A program made the translations under genes and the position numbers. From IMG/VR virus record IMGVR_UViG_3300009159_000035: a stretch of 64,000 bases of DNA; one strand, given 5' to 3'. This DNA is from a virus. How positions within the stretch are numbered: position 1 is the first letter of the stretch; every line of letters starts with the position of its first letter. The notes beneath the pieces were generated by a model. That model searched no databases and was not told the DNA's origin. It worked only from the letters and a program-made list of their open reading frames with translations. This document shows, piece by piece, positions 9,712 to 18,071 of this stretch.

Positions 9712-10316
9712 TATTATTTGTAGAAGGCGCCAGACACTGTGGCAAAACATTTTTAATTAATCAATTTATAGAAAAGTGTAATGATCCACGAATTGAATAT
9801 TACAAATTCTATTTTGCAGATCACATTAAAACCTTAGATTTGGTAGAGTTAGATAGTGATCCAAGTTTACACTATTTTAGTTTAGGAAATATTATGACCA
9901 TTATGGAAATGAATCTTAGACCTGAATATAGAGATAAAATTTGGATATTTGACAGAGCAATCATATCTGCCTATACTTGGGCAATCCTAAGAAAAAGATT
10001 GACCCGAAATAAAGCTGAGCTTGAATTCTTAAAACTATTGAATACTACTCTATATTCAAATTCCAAAACTTTAGTAGTTAGAGTAGCTGGCCAAACCGGC
10101 GATTCAAATCGAGTTAAAGATACTTGGGATGGAGCTCATTCAACAATAGAAGAACAAAGATTAATGGCTCATTTAATTGAGTTAGCAGTGACTGAATTAA
10201 CTGATTCAGCTAAAAATAACAAACTAAGCATTGTTTTTAATAGTTTTGATGAAGCATCAGTCAACTCATTTAATCAAGAGTGCTATGCATTATTAGGAAT
10301 AGAGCCTAATAAATAA
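9708..10316 (+). CDS. P-loop nucleotide monophosphate kinase (thymidylate-kinase-like)
   Basis: VEGARHCGKT Walker A; IFDRAIIS (DR motif). Confidence 0.75.
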   Translation: MILFVEGARHCGKTFLINQFIEKCNDPRIEYYKFYFADHIKTLDLVELDSDPSLHYFSLGNIMTIMEMNLRPEYRDKIWIFDRAIISAYTWAILRKRLTRNKAELEFLKLLNTTLYSNSKTLVVRVAGQTGDSNRVKDTWDGAHSTIEEQRLMAHLIELAVTELTDSAKNNKLSIVFNSFDEASVNSFNQECYALLGIEPNK

Positions 10317-10317
10317 C
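10309..10317 (+). promoter_or_regulatory. Late promoter for ligase-nucleotidyltransferase
   Basis: ATAAATAAC. Confidence 0.6.
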
Positions 10318-10321
10318 CAAT

Positions 10322-12202
10322 ATGGCAGGATTATCGCACTTACGAGATGTTTATGAAAAACGTGGAAAAGAATTTTTAGAAAATCTTCTTAACAAGACAG
10401 TTATCATTAATGAAAAAAATGACGGTGCCTATTTTGGTGCCAAGAGAGATGAAAAACAGAATAACTTTAACTTCTTTAAAAAAGACAGTAAAATTGGTTA
10501 CATCGACCGAGTTCTTAGTAAGTACTACGAGCCGGGCATTAGACATTTTGAAAGTATTGGGGCTAGTGTAACCTCAATACCTGAAAATTATGTATTTGGA
10601 ATGGATTATAATCCGGCTAAAGAGTTACCATTAACCCTAAGTCATATTAAAGTACTTGATGAAAATTATCAAACTTCTAAACTTATCCATGATAAAACTG
10701 AATTAGATAAATGGGCTGGAGTACTTGGAGTTAACTCACCAGCTATTATATTTCAAGGAAAATTAAATGATGAGCAAAAGGTAAAAATTCAAGAGTTTAT
10801 ATTTACAAACTTGCCAATGCTTGCTGAGAAATTTAAAACTCAATCATTTAGCAAACATATCCTATCGGTATTAAATCCAGTAGTTGATGAAAATGCTCAA
10901 CCTGAATTAAGCGATAGAGAAATTAGCGAAATTGTATTTAGATTCTTTGATGAAGAGGACCCAACTGGAGATTCTTCTACTTTAGCAAAGATTATTGATC
11001 CAGTATTTTACGATAATGCAAAGAACCTACCTCAGGAAAAGGTTCAAAAGAAAAGCGATGACTATGTTTGGATTATTGTTACTGACTTAATGAATTTTAT
11101 TGAGAGCTACCGCATGTCTGATCTTAGAAGTTTTACAATTTCTGGAGAAACAGCAGATGAGAGATTTATTTCATTAATTAATCACCTTTTTATTGAGTTT
11201 ATTAAAGATTATGGAGATAAATTTAATGATTTAGAAATTCAAATACCCCAGTTTTTAACTAGACCTGAATTTGATATTAATCCAGAACTAATCAATGATC
11301 CAAATGTAATTGATATACTTGGTAAGAATCCGAACTACAAAGAAATTTACAGAATATTCATTAATATTTTTAGAAAAAAGAAAATCAAAGTTAATTCAAC
11401 TCTATTTACTGATGCAATGAAAGCTAATTTAATTGATCAAATTGACAAACTTTCAAAAGTTGCAATGGGCGATCAATTATTTGAAAATTATTTTCCATCA
11501 TTTAGTGAATTTGTTGGAGATGGTAAGACTCCTGGATATTTTGAAACATATGATGTTGCTGAAAATGAAGAACGTAAAGTAAAAAAGGTTAACCTATTAA
11601 TATCGGATTTTCAACCAATACACAAAGGCCATCTTAAAAATGCAAAAATCCTAACTGAAAAGAATGGACTGTCTACCCTATTTGTATGTGTTCACCCTGG
11701 CAAATCTGGAAAAATGTTTCCATTTAAAAAAGAAACTTTAAATAATTCATTAGCTAAATTAGCAGCACATGATAAACAAAATATTGCCGGTCATGTAATG
11801 GTAAAAGACGGAAATATTGAAACTATCTTAAAAGCAATAAAACCTGGATTTGAACCCTTAAGTATAGCAGCTGAGCCTAGTAGAATAAAAGATCTAGCAC
11901 TACAATTAGAACTTGCAAAAAAAAGATCTAGAAACCTAAATATTAAACGAGATACTCAATTAATTGAATTACCTATAACTACAGTTGGAGACTTAATCTT
12001 AAAGTCAATTAAAGATAGAGATTTTGCAGCATTTAAAGAATCATCGCCAGCTCCAATTCATTCAGAATTTTATAACTTAAATAAAGACTTAATTGAATCA
12101 TTAAATGAAAGTGCAACTGAACAAATAACTGAAGCAGTTACTGAAATAGTATCAGGTGTAACCTTTTCTACACCAGAACCAATAATCCAAATAGAATCAT
12201 GA
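10322..12202 (+). CDS. Fusion of RNA-ligase-like nucleotidyltransferase and HIGH-family (cytidylyltransferase-like) domain
   Basis: N-terminal INEKNDG (KxDG), FGMDY, PAIIFQG, SEIVF, LAKIID; C-terminal DFQPIHKGH...FPF. Confidence 0.65.
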   Translation: MAGLSHLRDVYEKRGKEFLENLLNKTVIINEKNDGAYFGAKRDEKQNNFNFFKKDSKIGYIDRVLSKYYEPGIRHFESIGASVTSIPENYVFGMDYNPAKELPLTLSHIKVLDENYQTSKLIHDKTELDKWAGVLGVNSPAIIFQGKLNDEQKVKIQEFIFTNLPMLAEKFKTQSFSKHILSVLNPVVDENAQPELSDREISEIVFRFFDEEDPTGDSSTLAKIIDPVFYDNAKNLPQEKVQKKSDDYVWIIVTDLMNFIESYRMSDLRSFTISGETADERFISLINHLFIEFIKDYGDKFNDLEIQIPQFLTRPEFDINPELINDPNVIDILGKNPNYKEIYRIFINIFRKKKIKVNSTLFTDAMKANLIDQIDKLSKVAMGDQLFENYFPSFSEFVGDGKTPGYFETYDVAENEERKVKKVNLLISDFQPIHKGHLKNAKILTEKNGLSTLFVCVHPGKSGKMFPFKKETLNNSLAKLAAHDKQNIAGHVMVKDGNIETILKAIKPGFEPLSIAAEPSRIKDLALQLELAKKRSRNLNIKRDTQLIELPITTVGDLILKSIKDRDFAAFKESSPAPIHSEFYNLNKDLIESLNESATEQITEAVTEIVSGVTFSTPEPIIQIES

Positions 12203-12282
12203 AAAAACTATTTAATTTTTTAGCACTAATTGAATCATATAGAATTAACTGTATGATCCATCACGGCTGGGGTAAATTATAA
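12199..12282 (+). CDS. Small ORF, 27 aa (MKKLFNFLALIESYRINCMIHHGWGKL)
   Basis: ATGA overlap with upstream stop; ends just before the terminator; below ORF-track cutoff. Confidence 0.5.
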   Translation: MKKLFNFLALIESYRINCMIHHGWGKL

Positions 12283-12303
12283 TATACATAATTTATTTTG
12301 CAT

Positions 12304-12331
12304 AAAAAAAGCTCCAATAGGAGCTTTTTTT
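12304..12331. terminator. Bidirectional intrinsic terminator
   Basis: A7-GCTCC-AATA-GGAGC-T7 between convergent genes. Confidence 0.85.
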
Positions 12332-12351
12332 ATGTGAGGTAATTTAAAATA

Positions 12352-13923
12352 TTAGGTTAAGGTTGTAAATTCTCCTTTAATAAAGTTAATATGTTGAGCC
12401 TTACCATCATGATGAATGATTACATGTGATTGTAGCCATCCACTTGGGCCTACATTATAGTTAACTCTTAATTTAGTTGAAGTCCCGACAGCTAGTGCTC
12501 CATCCTTACGGCCTGGCGAATGATAGTGGCCAACTACAATTTTAGTATTTAATTTACGAAATTGAAGTAGAGATCCACGTGAACCATTTGATCCAACGTC
12601 TCCGTGTTGAGCAAGTTCCCAGCCTTTTATTACAAGACTATCACTTCTTCCTAACGTTTTAAATGTTGGAAATTTTTGATTAATTAAATATGGTATTACT
12701 CCATTTTGGGCAATACCTTTTAATAGTATAGCACTATATTCCATATATTCAAGAGAATTCTTTAAAGTTGAAGATTTTCTCCAATCAGTAGATTTTAACC
12801 AGCGATCTAAAAAGTCATCATGATTACTTCGGACAATTGATACATTATAATCTTTAAAATCTTCAAGCCCATTTAACATTGCATCAACTTCTTTTCTTAA
12901 AGAGTTTGAACCATCAAGTTCTCTACGATATTGAATAAATGGATCACTTATTTCATGATGATTAATTGAAAGTCCATCAAATACATCATGTAGAATAACA
13001 TTTTCCGGTTTTAATCTTTTAAATAGCTCTAGAGTTTTGGAAATTATACGTGGATCATGTTGACCATAGTGTAAATCTCCTAAAATGGCAACTGCAATTG
13101 AAGTAGCTTGACTAATTTCACTAGATTCAGAATCTTCATTATATTCAACGCTATTATAAAGATCAGTAAAATTGCCATCTTCAGTTGCCGTTACTTGTCT
13201 AGCAAAAAAGGTGTTTACGTCCTTTATTTCAATAACTACAAAACCTAAAGTATGATGGAATTCTCCTTTTTTACCTGATTTTGAGTCAGTATAGTTAGAA
13301 ACGGTACATGCGCCAGTAGTCATCATCATTTTTGGAAGATTTCCTTCCAATACTGGAATTGTTTCTAAATGTACCCTAGGCGACCCAAATACGCATGAAT
13401 TAATACCGCTCATTCCTTGTAAACCAGTCATTGGATCAACTGATGTTGGCTGAATCTTAATATCTGACATGATCCACATGTGTTTATGAACTTCATGGCG
13501 ACCTGCATCTAGATAAGTTTCAATTCTTTCAGCCCAAGTTTCGTAATTCTTATCAGAAAATACAGAAGTTGGGTTTTTATATCGACCTGCAATTACATGG
13601 ATATCTGCATTAATATGCTCTGCATATTTTTCAAGATTGGATACAAATTCTTCATGTACTGGTGTATCATTTTGTGCCCAGGTGATGATAAATCGTTTTT
13701 TCTTTTTGTTAAACTTACGTTCTCTGGCTTTAATTAGCTGCGGAGACTCTTGTATTGAACTTTCAGTTATTCCTAATTTAGATAACCACGTTTGTGCGGT
13801 TCTTTCAGATTTATTAAGAAACTGACTAAGTTCTTTCATTCGATTATCCCAACTTAAGTCCTTATTCCAATAGATTTCGGACAATGTTGAAATATCGGCT
13901 GGTGTTAATTCTTCAAACTTCAT
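12352..13923 (-). CDS. T5 A1-like calcineurin-type metallophosphoesterase/nuclease with N-terminal HTH-like region
   Basis: RFIITWAQNDTPVH, MMTTGACT..NY...K.GKK.EFHH, GDLH, HDVFDG, SNHD, QHGD.G.NGSRG, GHYHS. Confidence 0.75.
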   Translation of the reverse strand: MKFEELTPADISTLSEIYWNKDLSWDNRMKELSQFLNKSERTAQTWLSKLGITESSIQESPQLIKARERKFNKKKKRFIITWAQNDTPVHEEFVSNLEKYAEHINADIHVIAGRYKNPTSVFSDKNYETWAERIETYLDAGRHEVHKHMWIMSDIKIQPTSVDPMTGLQGMSGINSCVFGSPRVHLETIPVLEGNLPKMMMTTGACTVSNYTDSKSGKKGEFHHTLGFVVIEIKDVNTFFARQVTATEDGNFTDLYNSVEYNEDSESSEISQATSIAVAILGDLHYGQHDPRIISKTLELFKRLKPENVILHDVFDGLSINHHEISDPFIQYRRELDGSNSLRKEVDAMLNGLEDFKDYNVSIVRSNHDDFLDRWLKSTDWRKSSTLKNSLEYMEYSAILLKGIAQNGVIPYLINQKFPTFKTLGRSDSLVIKGWELAQHGDVGSNGSRGSLLQFRKLNTKIVVGHYHSPGRKDGALAVGTSTKLRVNYNVGPSGWLQSHVIIHHDGKAQHINFIKGEFTTLT

Positions 13924-13947
13924 TAATACATACAGTTTTATTAATTA

Positions 13948-13974
13948 CTTATATTTAACAATCACATAAAGTTT
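13948..13974 (-). promoter_or_regulatory. AAAC-N17-TATAAG promoter for A1-like gene
   Basis: Recurrent motif. Confidence 0.65.
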
Positions 13975-14010
13975 TAGCCGGATCCTCTGGAAGTTGAGTT
14001 AGGTTGGCTA

Positions 14011-14019
14011 ATAAATAAC
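14011..14019 (+). promoter_or_regulatory. Late promoter
   Basis: ATAAATAAC. Confidence 0.65.
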
Positions 14020-14022
14020 TCT

Positions 14023-14205
14023 ATGGAAAAGACGGCTAAAAATATTGATAACTACAGAAAGGGTAAAGAACCTTTAAAAAATGCAGTTATGCAACATCCA
14101 ACCGGTAATGATGTATATGATTTTTTACAAAAAAACATTGATCGTGACTTTTGGGTGACGCCTTTTTCAAAATGGCAAAAGACACAAAAATACCATAACA
14201 AATAA
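14023..14205 (+). CDS. Small hypothetical protein
   Basis: 60 aa, directly after ATAAATAAC, stop overlaps next start. Confidence 0.6.
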   Translation: MEKTAKNIDNYRKGKEPLKNAVMQHPTGNDVYDFLQKNIDRDFWVTPFSKWQKTQKYHNK

Positions 14206-14624
14206 TGTTTGGACTAGACGATTTAACTGACCCTCAAACTGGATCAGAAAATACAATTTCATATTTTATGCTATCTCTTATGCAGATTGCTGACCAAGCT
14301 AAAATTATACACTGGCAAACTGGGTATGATGCAGAGCACCGTCACTTTGGAATGTTTTACGAAACTTTCATTGAGCAAATGGATACACTAGTAGAAGCAA
14401 TTGCTGGTAAATATGGTTCACAAAACCTTAAATTTGGCGAAGCTGCAATTATGGTATATGATTATGACCTATCACGACCTGAATTTTTTAATCTGGTTCA
14501 AGAAGCTCTTCGTGGAACATTTTGCGAAATTTTTGAAAAAGACAAAGACTCTGAATTATATAATTTAGTGGATGAAATTTTAGACTTAACAAACAAAACT
14601 CAGTATTTACTGCAACAAAAGTAA
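14205..14624 (+). CDS. Ferritin/Dps-like four-helix protein
   Basis: IIHWQT..AEHRHFG.FYE...MDTLVEAIAG...NLVDEI...NKTQYLL. Confidence 0.7.
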   Translation: MFGLDDLTDPQTGSENTISYFMLSLMQIADQAKIIHWQTGYDAEHRHFGMFYETFIEQMDTLVEAIAGKYGSQNLKFGEAAIMVYDYDLSRPEFFNLVQEALRGTFCEIFEKDKDSELYNLVDEILDLTNKTQYLLQQK

Positions 14625-14625
14625 T

Positions 14626-16188
14626 ATGTTTTTAAACGTAAAACGATTATCAATATTTGAGAAGCTACTTCTTGAAACTGACTTGATTCAAATAGGATCA
14701 GGCATTAATGACCTAGTTACTAAGATTAAAGATTCTACCAATAATAAAGATCAAGGCTCTGATAAAAAAATTGATATAACGACTCAAATTAATCAATTAT
14801 TAGATTACCTTTTTAGTCTGGGCGAAGAAGGCCTTAATGATAAATTAAGTGAACCTGAGTTTATGAAAGTATTTGGAGATCCTGCAGTAAAAAAAGCACT
14901 GGATCTATATTTTGCCTATTTAGAAACCGAATTAAAAACTTTTCGTGAAGAGTTAACGGCAGCCCTTAATGAACCTGAAATTAATGTTCAACTAGTTGAG
15001 AAAATAAGTCAAAAAATGATGACCTTTGCGGCTAGAATTCATGTAGTTGAAAGAATTTATGCAAAGCAATCGGAAGCCGGTCAATCTGAATTTAGTAATG
15101 AAATTAGCGAAAAGGTTAAAAAGATTCAAGAGGAATTACTTAACATTTATTCATTAAAAGTTATGGTACCTGCTAAAAAAACGCAAGAATCATATTCAAA
15201 ATATCAAGCGGCGCAAACTGACGAAGAAAAAACTGAGGCAGCTACTGAAATTTTATCAAATATAGAAGCAGCTGATCAAATGTCAGAAGATATGCCAGCT
15301 GAAGTTATTTCAGGAATTGAAACTGCTAATACTGAATATAAGAATAAGATTGAGAAAGATTTAGGTAAAGAAACCCTAGCTAATATATTATCAGGAGTTC
15401 ATGTAAATAAAAATGTTGCTGCATTAATTCGTAGGATATTTCAATTTCAATATACAATGTGGACAAATGAAGATGATATTAATCGTGAAGCAAATTCTCT
15501 TAAGGTTAGTATTAATGGTTTTCCGGATGTATCAGAAGAGGCTAAAGAATATTTACGTAGACTTGTTGAAAATATCCAAGCTGAATTACTTAAAAAAGCA
15601 AAAAATAAAGACTTTGATACTAAGCAATATAAAGGAATTCACTATGACTTTAATAAGAAATTACCATTGTATGAAAGAACTGCACTACCTGTTACTGGTA
15701 AACAAATAGCAGATGATTCTAAATTAATGAAATTTAGAAAAGCTTCACAAGATCTAATGGGGCTTATTTTTGGTGCTGGCGGTCATCCAGACACTGAAGC
15801 ACGTAGAGCGTTTGCCGCAACTGGAAAACATTTACACGCAATCTATGCAAAAAGCCTTAACGGTTTAGGCAAGGTTATCGGCAAAGCAATTGGCGGTAGA
15901 GAAGGAGAAATGAAAGCCGATGCTTATACCAGAATGTTTATATTAGATACGTCAGTTGTTGATCAACCAAAAACAAAACAAATTAGCGAAGATGGCGGGG
16001 TCTCTGCTCCAGGTGTAGCAATTCAAACTCCTGGTTCAATTGGGTCAATGGGACCAATTACGCCTCCTACCACAACCTCACTAGGTTCAGGAGATAATTT
16101 TGGACCAAAAATTAATAAAAAGAAAACCAAAAAATCTTCATCCATCCTTGGATTTGCAGATTTTATAAAAGAACAAAATAATCTATAA
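14626..16188 (+). CDS. Large helical hypothetical protein, candidate head cargo
   Basis: 520 aa; N-terminal SIFEKLLLET and C-terminal ILGFADFIKEQ peptides. Confidence 0.7.
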   Translation: MFLNVKRLSIFEKLLLETDLIQIGSGINDLVTKIKDSTNNKDQGSDKKIDITTQINQLLDYLFSLGEEGLNDKLSEPEFMKVFGDPAVKKALDLYFAYLETELKTFREELTAALNEPEINVQLVEKISQKMMTFAARIHVVERIYAKQSEAGQSEFSNEISEKVKKIQEELLNIYSLKVMVPAKKTQESYSKYQAAQTDEEKTEAATEILSNIEAADQMSEDMPAEVISGIETANTEYKNKIEKDLGKETLANILSGVHVNKNVAALIRRIFQFQYTMWTNEDDINREANSLKVSINGFPDVSEEAKEYLRRLVENIQAELLKKAKNKDFDTKQYKGIHYDFNKKLPLYERTALPVTGKQIADDSKLMKFRKASQDLMGLIFGAGGHPDTEARRAFAATGKHLHAIYAKSLNGLGKVIGKAIGGREGEMKADAYTRMFILDTSVVDQPKTKQISEDGGVSAPGVAIQTPGSIGSMGPITPPTTTSLGSGDNFGPKINKKKTKKSSSILGFADFIKEQNNL

Positions 16189-16190
16189 AA

Positions 16191-16625
16191 ATGAAATTAA
16201 TTAAAACATTTGAAAATTTTATGCACAATGAAGTAGAGCTCGATTCATTTGAGCCACTAGAAATTTCTCATCAATCTACAGATATTGATCATGAAGCTCA
16301 TCATGAAGTTGAGAACTATATGTTCTTTGGCAATTTAAAAACAATTCAACGACTGATTGAGATCATGTTGGAAATGGATCCAATGAAGGTTGATCAGTTA
16401 TTAAAAAATGGTCATAATTGGGCAGAAGATCATGTAACCTCATCAAAGGACGATCTTGAAGAAGTTGCAGATTTCTTAATGGGCGAAATGACTAAACATG
16501 AAGTTCAAGAATCTAGTGCAATGACCTATTCATGTAATGAATGTGGTTCAATGTATGAAGATTATGAGATTAACGAAGACCATATGTGTTCATGTGGAGG
16601 TAAACTAGAAGAAAATTTAGGATAA
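16191..16625 (+). CDS. Hypothetical protein with targeting-like N-terminus and C-terminal zinc ribbon
   Basis: MKLIKTFENF; HNWAEDH; CNECG...CSCGG. Confidence 0.7.
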   Translation: MKLIKTFENFMHNEVELDSFEPLEISHQSTDIDHEAHHEVENYMFFGNLKTIQRLIEIMLEMDPMKVDQLLKNGHNWAEDHVTSSKDDLEEVADFLMGEMTKHEVQESSAMTYSCNECGSMYEDYEINEDHMCSCGGKLEENLG

Positions 16626-16627
16626 TT

Positions 16628-17101
16628 ATGAAAAACAATTACATTAAACCTTTTAGTATATTTAATGAGGCATTAGCCGACTCTGCATTAAATAAGTCAA
16701 GTTGGTATTATGGAATTGCTGACTGCCATGGATTAGAGTCGTTTGTTAAAGAGCCGAATATGGCTAAGGCAAATGAGTTAGATGATATGTTTGACTTGGG
16801 GCTTAGTGACACTGATTCAAAAAACGATCCTGTTAAAAAAAAATATATTGGTAATTTAGCATTAATGAAAAGTCGGTGTGACGTCAATTTACAACGCCAT
16901 CCGGTTATTTACCGAGTAAAATTAGCAGAAGAAGATGCTGATATGGTAGAAGATTTGCTCAGTATTGGTGACTATATTAATGCGCTTAATGTAGTTAAAG
17001 GAAATTCAGAAGAAGTTCAATTATATAAAAGCAGAAATGGTTCTTCAGCTGAAAAATCTTGGAAAATTATTCCAAATCCAGATTTTGATCCAATGCACTA
17101 A
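16628..17101 (+). CDS. Hypothetical protein
   Basis: IKPFSIFNEA N-terminus; GIADCHGLESF. Confidence 0.7.
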   Translation: MKNNYIKPFSIFNEALADSALNKSSWYYGIADCHGLESFVKEPNMAKANELDDMFDLGLSDTDSKNDPVKKKYIGNLALMKSRCDVNLQRHPVIYRVKLAEEDADMVEDLLSIGDYINALNVVKGNSEEVQLYKSRNGSSAEKSWKIIPNPDFDPMH

Positions 17102-17113
17102 AAAATAAATATT

Positions 17114-17443
17114 ATGAAAAAAATAAACTCAAACAATAAAGCTCTTAAACTAGGTGACAGAATTAAGATTCACATAAATGCGGAAGAAATGCAAAATGAT
17201 TTGCTTGAAATGGTAGATGGCCAAGAAGCTGTCATTACTGAAATCTATCAAAACAGTTATGAACCTGATGTTGACCGAATTGAAGTTGAATTGGTTAATC
17301 CAGTTGAATTTCACGGACAAAGCCTAGTGGTTGTTCCGGGTTTGTACATGGATAATATTGAAAAAATTAAAAAGCTTGAAGAAAGCAAAAAAACTGGTAA
17401 AAGATACCTAAGTAGATTTGTTGGAACTTTTGCAAATTATTAA
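17114..17443 (+). CDS. Hypothetical protein (possible SH3/KOW-like barrel)
   Basis: LKLGDRIKI...GQEAVITEI pattern. Confidence 0.6.
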   Translation: MKKINSNNKALKLGDRIKIHINAEEMQNDLLEMVDGQEAVITEIYQNSYEPDVDRIEVELVNPVEFHGQSLVVVPGLYMDNIEKIKKLEESKKTGKRYLSRFVGTFANY

Positions 17444-17445
17444 TT

Positions 17446-17973
17446 ATGAAATCTGGTATAAAACTATTTGAAGCATTTCACGGAAAGGATTATTTAGAGC
17501 ATGAATTTGGCAGATTTGATAGTGATATTGAATTTTATAAAACAGTTATTAGGTATCCAACTGGTACAGATATATCAGATTTAGCTGAATTAGGTTTGGC
17601 TGATAATATTGCTGAGATTGAAGATACTAGTTTTGATAAAGTTAGGATTACATATGAACTGAAACCTTATTTTGATAATGCTGGAATTTATGACATTGAC
17701 CTTATTTTAAGGACTGTTTATATTGTTGGCGAATATACAATCTGGGATGAAGCTAAACAGGAAGAAACTCGATATGATTTTGAAATTGAAGATGCTGGCC
17801 CATTTGAAGGTAGAGTTATGGTAAAATGGGGCAGTTTACCATTTTATCCACAAGATATTGTAATTGAGACTCAAGGTTCTAATACTAGTAATAAGGTTCA
17901 AACCAAACAGCCATTTGATCCATCAGCCCCAGACTCATCTAATTTTAAATATACAATAAATATAGGCAACTAA
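17446..17973 (+). CDS. Hypothetical protein
   Basis: 175 aa, IKLFEAF N-terminus; last gene before terminator. Confidence 0.65.
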   Translation: MKSGIKLFEAFHGKDYLEHEFGRFDSDIEFYKTVIRYPTGTDISDLAELGLADNIAEIEDTSFDKVRITYELKPYFDNAGIYDIDLILRTVYIVGEYTIWDEAKQEETRYDFEIEDAGPFEGRVMVKWGSLPFYPQDIVIETQGSNTSNKVQTKQPFDPSAPDSSNFKYTINIGN

Positions 17974-17997
17974 TACCTAACTTTATTGATATTAAGT

Positions 17998-18028
17998 AAA
18001 AGGAAGGTCTCATACTCTTCCTTTTTTT
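17998..18028 (+). terminator. Intrinsic terminator
   Basis: AAAAGGAAG...CTTCC followed by T run. Confidence 0.75.
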
Positions 18029-18038
18029 ATTTAGGTCG

Positions 18039-18047
18039 ATAAATAAC
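18039..18047 (+). promoter_or_regulatory. Late promoter for baseplate operon
   Basis: ATAAATAAC directly after a terminator. Confidence 0.7.
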
Positions 18048-18071
18048 CTTATAAAAAAATAGTTTAATACT

